Assembly (NCBI GenBank): GCA_964016885.1
Contig: OZ024740.1
Location: 90,706,001-90,770,000 of the forward strand
Origin: Eledone cirrhosa
Lineage: Eukaryota
Direction: 5' to 3'
DNA length: 64,000 nucleotides
The stretch's first letter is position 1; the number at the start of each line of letters is the position of its first letter. Below are positions 55,584 to 64,000 of this stretch, piece by piece. The position numbers were made by a program, and so were the translations under genes. The notes below the pieces were generated by a model. That model was given only the letters and a program-made list of their open reading frames with translations. It ran no database searches and was not told where the DNA came from.

Positions 55584-56167
55584 TGATCAGTAAGGGCCAC
55601 TAGGAGAGGTAAATATTTATATTATATTTTTTAATGTATTTTGAAAAATTGATTGAATTTTACTTGTTCTGCTTATCTTAATATTAAAGTTCTGGTGTGT
55701 ATCAAATTAACACCATTGAACAACCTTGAATCATAGACAACCTATGTATTTCTAGGGGTACCTAGTATCCCTGGACATATTAACTTCTACCTTTTTCTCC
55801 GTCCGTTGAGAACAATCCTGTTGCTCTACTTGGCTGCTATTTTTTTAGTAGTAATTGTAGACAGCAAGTCTTTGATTTTCCCGCTTTTACTTCGGTCCAG
55901 TTTACATACGGGTCAATTTTACGACCTTTCAGACCTTTATTAGCTGGCAGAAGGTTGTATATTTTGTCGTTCCTAGGACGTTTAGCCCTAGGAAGGGAAA
56001 ATGCTTCTCTGATGAGCTTTGGTTTTCCATCATAAATCCATCGGATTTATGAGGTTTTACAAAGCGAAACTGATCAGTAAGGGCCACTAGGAGAGGTAAA
56101 TATTTATATTATATTTTTTAATGTATTTTGAAAAATTGATTGAATTTTACTTGTTCTGCTTATCTTA

Positions 56168-56170
<3 letters not shown>
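55584..56170 (+). mobile_element. Non-coding 487-bp ribozyme-to-ribozyme unit
   Basis: 55584-55683 is repeated at 56071-56170. The repeat starts inside stem III of the hammerhead, and the 3' end runs into (TA)n. Confidence 0.75.
56003..56084 (+). ncRNA. Hammerhead ribozyme with extended stem II
   Basis: GCTTCT-CTGATGA-GCTTTG...TCATAAATCC atc GGATTTATGA...CAAAGC-GAAA-CTGATCAG-TA-AGGGC. Canonical G-C closing pair and 10-nt palindrome ACTGATCAGT. Confidence 0.85.
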
Positions 56171-56874
<704 letters not shown>

Positions 56875-57880
56875 TGTTATACTTTGGGAGGGTCATGTTG
56901 CCAATAAGAAACACACGCACGAATTGCTTTCACTTCAATTTAATTTATTATATATTTATAAATTTACAAATTTATATATTTCTGGTTGGTTGGTTGGTTC
57001 CACAACCATATAGTTGTTTATATATATATAGTCATAGTTCTTTCGTCACACACTGTGACCTCTTCAGTGACTGGGGATTTCTTTCTTCGTTTCTGTGCCT
57101 TTCTTTTCTTCTATCCTACGCCATTTTGTTTGTGTGTGGGTTGCGTGCTCAGTTTGCGCATGCGCCACATCCGGGTGTCTGTGTGTGTTTGTGTTCATTT
57201 TTCTATTTTTCTATTTATATTTTTCTATTTGATTGTTTATTTATTTATTTATTGTTGGTTGGTTGTTTGTTCTATGTGTGTGTGTGTTTTCATTTTGTCC
57301 TTAATTGTAAGTTGTGATGTTGCTGTTCGACTCATATTTTCTATTTAATTTTGGTTTTAATTCTTTTATGCTTACTGCCTCTGTAATTTGCCTAAACATT
57401 GCGTCTTTCTTGTGTGTGGATTCTATTTTTATTTCTATGCTCTCTAATTTACCCCTGTGTTCTATCTTAGCATGTTGGTAGAGCACAGATGATTCTTTAT
57501 TATGTTGGAGGTCTCGCCAGTGTTCATTTATTCGTTCCCCTATACTACGAGCTGTCTCACCTATGTACACTATATTTTTGTTTCTACATTGTCCTTCAGT
57601 ACATCTTATGCTATATACTACATTTTTAGTTTTACAGTTAATATGGGGGCTTATTTTACAGGTTATACATTTCTTATCTATACATGAGGTTCTTTGGAAC
57701 GGGTATGTCTTGCTAATAAGTGTTTTTACGGAGGTACCAGGTCTTTCTACTATCTTAATATTGAGATTATGTATCTTTAGGGCCCTTCTAAATTTGTAGG
57801 CTAGTTCGCCTCCAGGGGTTGTATTGATGAACATTACACTCTGGTATTTATTGCTATCATACCATGAGTTTATTCTATGA

Positions 57881-60384
57881 GACAGGAGTAATTATGAGAG
57901 ACATAGAAACAACCATGAAGCTGAGGCTGCTGCTGTTGGTGGAAATAGAAACAACACAACCAGCAATAACAATAGCACTAGTACACATAAAGCAGCAGCC
58001 TGGAACTCTCCGTTTTATAACCCCTCCGATAAATCATTCGACCTACGGCGAGTCCACGCCACGACTTTGCCATTTAACAAACGCACGCAGTTGCCGTCGC
58101 AGATCGATGAACAAACAGAAGCACAATTTAGTATAGCTAAATCCGAACTTAGAAATATTATAGAACAGTATAGCAAGAAGCATAATAGAATAGAGGCCCA
58201 GCAACTGGGAGAAGAATCTGCAAATGGCTTGCGTAAGCTCATGCAGCGCTCGCGTAATGGAGAGATAGCATGCTTTCCAACAGACAAGTCTGGCAGAATG
58301 TCGGTTGACAGCCTGCCAAACTACATCCAGGCAATGCAACCCCACATCACTAACACAAGAGAGGTAACACCACAGGAGCATGAGGATAGAGAAAAAACCC
58401 TCAATGCCCATATGGTGATGTGGACAAATATAATGCAGCCCAACAAAAGGACTGCCAACAACTTCCAGGCCTGGAACAATGACGTGCCGGCGTTGTATGG
58501 GCTTCGAAAAGACCATAAAACGGGCTGGGACCCTGTCGCGGGACCACCAACACGGCCAGTCTGTGGGGCTAACATTGCTAGTAACTACAGACTGTCCTAC
58601 TTCCTCTCCCTGATCATACGCCCCATCATTGAGATGTCCCCAGATGTGTGTGACAGCACGGAGGACCTCCTCAGCAGAATCGGCGCGGGTAACCGATCTG
58701 GGGACCTAACAAACTGCATAATAGGCAGTATGGATGTTGTGTCCCTGTATCCATCTATTGACGTGGATTTTGCTGTGGAGAAATGCGTCGAAATGATCAG
58801 CGAGAGCAAGGTTGAGTTCCGTGGGATTGATACCAGTGAGCTGGGACTTCTACTTAAGCTTACCCATAGTAATAGTTACCTAGACACTTATGACCTTAGC
58901 AACCTGTGCCCTACAAGACCAGCAAGAGGCAGACCACCTACCATTACCTCAATGGCCAAGAAAACCCACACAGATAGATGGAACGGGTGGACCAGAGCCA
59001 TACGGACACCCGAAAACCACGATGAACTGAAGAAAATGATTGCACATGCGGTAGGGGCCAGCATAAAATTAACCCTTAAGGAACATATGTTCAAATTTAA
59101 TGGTAAAACATATGCCCAAGAGGAAGGAGCAGCCATTGGTGTTAGCATTGCAGGCGACATAGCTAACTTATTCATGGCATTGTGGGACAGTATACTTAAA
59201 CAAAAACTTAATGAACAATTAGAAGACAGCTTAACCCTGATAATGTACTCCCGCTACGTAGATGATATAAACATCGTAGTTAAGACACCCCCACTAAAGA
59301 ACAGTCAGGAACTAGAGAAAAACACAATGGAAAGCATCCAGCAAATAGCAAACTCCATCCACCAGAGCATTAGAGTTACTATAGACTACCCAAGTAGACA
59401 CCCCAACCATCGATTACCTGTACTAGACACAGAGCTTGGTTAGATACAATTAACAACCAAAAACAAATCCTCCATTCCCATTATGCCAAACCCATGACTT
59501 CCAAACATCTGATCCACCGAAACTCGGCCATTTCGGACCATACCAAAATCAACATACTGATTGCGGATTTGGTACGGGTGATGAGAAATGTGTCCCGCAT
59601 GTGCAACCCCGAAGAACTAGAGAGACACATACAACACTTCATCCACCGTATGCAGTTCTCTGGCTACAATCAGAGAGATAGAATCAGAGTGTATAAAGGA
59701 GCCAGAACCAAATGGGAAAAAATGGTAAATAATGACATAAATGGGACCTGCCCCTTGTATAGGAGCAAATTTTGGAATAGAATAGAAAGAACTAAGAACA
59801 AGGCCAATAGAATAAACTCATGGTATGATAGCAATAAATACCAGAGTGTAATGTTCATCAATACAACCCCTAGAGGCGAACTAGCCTACAAATTTAGAAG
59901 GGCCCTAAAGAAACATAATCTCAATATTAAGATAGTAGAAAGACCTGGTACCTCCGTAAAAACACTTATTAGCAAGACATTCCCGTTCCAAAGACCCTCA
60001 TGTATAGATAAGAAATGTATAACCTGTAAAATAAGCCCCCATATTAACTGTAAAACTAGAAATGTAGTATATAGCATAAGATGTACTGAAGGACAATGTA
60101 GAAACAAAATTATAGTGTACATAGGTGAGACAGCTCGTAGTATAGGGGAACGAATAAATGAACACTGGCGAGACCTCCAAGATAATAAAGAATCATCTGT
60201 GCTCTACCAACATGCTAAGATAGAACACAGGGGTAAATTAGAGAGCATAGAAATAAAAATAGAATCCACACACAAGAAAGACGCAATGTTTAGGCAAATT
60301 ACAGAGGCAGTAAGCATAAAAGAATTAAAACCAAAATTAAATAGAAAATATGAGTGGAACAGCAACATCACAACTTACAATTAA
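57881..60384 (+). pseudogene. PLE RT plus GIY-YIG endonuclease, single frameshift
   Basis: PTDKSGR, YGLRKDHK, TRPVCGA, GSMDVVSLYPSI, QEEGAAIG, RYVDD, LPVLD, NVVYSIRC, YIGETARSIGERINEH. Restoring one base near 59438 gives ELWLDT...HYAKPMTSK and joins the two ORFs. Confidence 0.92.
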
Positions 60385-60689
60385 GGACAAAATGAAAACA
60401 CACACACACATAGAACAAACAACTTACAATTGAAAACACACACAAAATGAAAACACACACAAGACAAAATGAAAACACACACACACATAGAACAAACAAC
60501 CAACCAACAATAAATAAATAAATAAACAAACAAATAGAAAAATATAAATAGAAAAATAGAAAAATGAACACAAACACACACAAACACCCGGATGTGGCGC
60601 ATGCGCAAACTGAGCACGCAACCCACACACAAACAAAATGGCGTAGGATAGAAGAAAAGAAAGGCACAGAAACGAAGAAAGAAATCACC

Positions 60690-60734
60690 AGTCACTGAAG
60701 AGGTCACAGAGTGTGTGACGAAAGAACTATGACT
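60690..60734 (+). ncRNA. Minimal hammerhead ribozyme (minus copy at 57030-57072)
   Basis: AGTCA-CTGAAGA-g-GTCACA gagtg TGTGAC-GAAA-GAAC-TA-TGACT. Confidence 0.8.
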
Positions 60735-60959
60735 ATATATATATAAACAACTATCTGGTTGTGGAACCAACCAACCAACCAGAAATTTATAAATTTGTAA
60801 ATTTATAAATATATAATAAATTAAATTGAAGTGAAAGCAACTGGTGCGTGTGTTTCTTATTGGCAACATGACCCTCCCAAAGTATAACAATATCGGTTTC
60901 AACAGACGATTTCAGATAAAGAATCTTGCTAAACAAATTCAGAAACGAAATATATATAC

Positions 60960-61191
<232 letters not shown>

Positions 61192-61899
61192 ATGCATGTT
61201 TTTTTATATATGTACATGTTTATAACAAGATGCATCCTTTCATATATGACACATTGTGTATCTTTATATGAGATTGTGTGTATATTCTATTTATGTATAT
61301 ATATATATGTTTGTGTATGCGTGCGTCGGTGTTTATGTGAATATGCGCATATGTGTGTGTAGGAAAAGGAGTTGTTTGTGTGTATATGTATGTGTGTATG
61401 CGAGCGAGTGTGTATATGTGCGTGTATATGGGTATGTGTGTGCGTGTGTATGTGTGCGTTGGGTATATGTATATGTCTGTAAGTGTGTGTGTCTGTACGG
61501 GTATATATACGCGTATGCATGTGTGTGTTGATGTATATAGGTATGTAGGCATGGATCTGTGTATGTACGTGCCTCTCTAGATGCCTATGTTTATATGTTT
61601 ATGTGTTCTCCTTAAATGTGTGTGTATAGCGGGAGTCTATGCGTACGAATGTCTTTATCTATGTGATTGTGTGCGTGTGTGTGTGAGTGCGGGCGTGGAT
61701 GTGTGACCAGAGCAGTAATTTATTGAAGTGTAGCAGACATGGGACAGCTAACAGGTCAGCTAATGTGTCAGCGGACTGATTACCTGTGATCAGTATTATG
61801 ATGACGTAGACAACCAGCGGCCAATCACAGCACGCGCGAAGTGGATGAAGTTTTTGACGGTACTGGCCCAGAGAGTCAGATATCCCAGTGAGAGTATAT

Positions 61900-62125
61900 G
61901 CTCCGAAATCATTAGACGTGTCCGTCGAACCTGCGGGTCTAGAATCAGACAGATCCACACAATGACCGCGTCTCGAACTGTCCGCTAGCGAAACAATTGT
62001 AACACACAATAAATTGAGTTCAGATGTATCACTGATTTTTCCTTTTATATTATATCATACTCTGCTCTGTAAGAGCATAGAGTACTCCACCGGCATACCG
62101 CCAATGGAAGCATATTAGCTACCAT
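61900..62125 (+). mobile_element. Diverged pLTR fragment (family of 23408-23830)
   Basis: GAAACAATTGTAA, aaattgagttc, tatcatactctgctc, ggcataccgcc and tagctaccat are shared in the same order. The hammerhead core is degenerate. Confidence 0.7.
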
Positions 62126-62176
62126 CAGGCACACACACGTACACACACACACAAACACACACACGCACACACACAT

Positions 62177-62249
<73 letters not shown>

Positions 62250-62961
62250 CTTCCGTCCATATTCAATTTTCATTGTGATGAGTGATATCAGAGGTCTCTG
62301 TTGGGCTCGTGTGTCTTCGTGAAACGTTTGGTAAATGGAATATTTTTCTCACGTTGTTTATTACATAATTAAATAGCTCAGGTTGCATACACAGAGCACT
62401 CTCCTTTCCTTTCCCCTTCCTACGGAAATACTTCATATATATATATAAATATATATGTAATTTATGCACATAAACATATAATTGAATAGTATTGATCGTG
62501 GTTATATATGTTATGTCTTACTGGATATTAAATATTTACTTACTATTAAGTTTTTATAATCTGCTATGTATTGTGTACCTTACTTACTGTGGTTACCCCC
62601 GATTGAACCCGGGATAAACTTTGTATTCTAACACTACAAACATGGACAGGGGTGTCACAAGAACAACGGTATTTTATTATTATGGATGATCTGTATTCGT
62701 TTCTGATACAATAGGATATACCCTAAGGTTAGATGTTTACATGTTAGGCATAACATATATAGAATATAATGGTCCATATATGATATAGATATAATAACAT
62801 ATATGAGAGTAATGCTATATCATATACATATATTGTTTGAATCGTTTACATTACTTACTGCACAATAAATAATTATGCCAATATAAATCAGACGAAAACC
62901 ATATTACAACTAAAAAAAGCTGGAATCTCCCCTCCCATATATATATTTACATACATACATG

Positions 62962-63024
<63 letters not shown>

Positions 63025-63039
63025 CTATATACGATTATG

Positions 63040-63153
<114 letters not shown>

Positions 63154-64000
63154 TGTGTGTGTTCGTATGTGTGCGTATGTATATTCTCGAGGTATATTTT
63201 AATATTTCTAAATATTTCTGTTGATGTCTGAGTGTAAATTTGCGTGTGTCGAATTTTGTTTTCGTTCATGATTTGTTGGTGAAATTATTATTGCTAATAC
63301 AAGAGAATAATTTATTTTCTATAATTCTATTTTGCATTTAATCTCATCATTGGGCTTATTGTCTTGCTTTGAGAGAAATCTTATCAGACATATTAGAAAA
63401 AAATAACAAGCGCCACGATTGTCTGATTTCCAAGATATTGTTTGCGAAATTAATTCGCATGAATAAGATATAATACTTTTCTTTTTCATACATTTTTCCT
63501 GTGTTGTCTTTTATGCAGCTGCAATAAATAACAAACGTAGTTAAATGTGAGATTTGCAAAGTATTCCGTTGAATATTGTTCTTGGGGAAATTCTGAAATG
63601 AAGCACGATTGTATTTGTTTAAAAACTTGTAAATTATTAAAATAAATTGCATATAACTATACATATTTTTTACAGATATAACCACCATGTTAACAGATAT
63701 AACCACCATTAATACGATACAATTGTATGATTATGTGCATAAAATACTAACAATATCCTAATACTACATAACATAATTGGAATATTCATGTGCACAGTGA
63801 TTTTGGGGTCCATGCTTGTTTTAATCTAGCTAGTATTAATCGTAATTATTGAAGTCCCCTCATTAACTACAATGTACAGGCACTGTATTTGGTTGCTAAC
63901 GTTTTTGATTCTTAATTTGAAAATGATCATATTCTGATTAGTGCAAGAGCTAGTATGTCTAACATAAGTAATGATTGTCGGTTCCATGACAAATTGCAAT

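Overview
AT-rich, microsatellite-saturated animal DNA, probably intergenic or intronic. It resembles coleoid cephalopod (octopus) sequence, but that is an inference from the repeat content only. No intact host gene is recognisable, and most long ORFs in the track are translations of (TA)n/(CA)n tracts. The window is dominated by Penelope-like retroelements (PLEs: reverse transcriptase plus C-terminal GIY-YIG endonuclease) and non-coding derivatives from about ten sequence families. It also holds decayed RTE and CR1-type LINEs, a Ty3/Gypsy remnant and a tRNA-derived SINE. Three patterns stand out. (1) Nearly every PLE-type family carries its own minimal hammerhead ribozyme (CUGANGA...GAAA), usually with a palindromic stem III. 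(2) Most of these insertions are fold-backs with arms of 28 bp to about 1 kb, with the 3' ends pointing outward, usually into (TA)n tracts. (3) Several otherwise dissimilar pseudo-LTRs share an ordered motif cassette downstream of the ribozyme (ACTC...GAGTRCT, then TAGCTC...TTGAKC). Two ORF-less ribozyme-to-ribozyme units of about 470-490 nt look like retrozymes. All folds, alignments and clade labels were read by eye and need computational confirmation.
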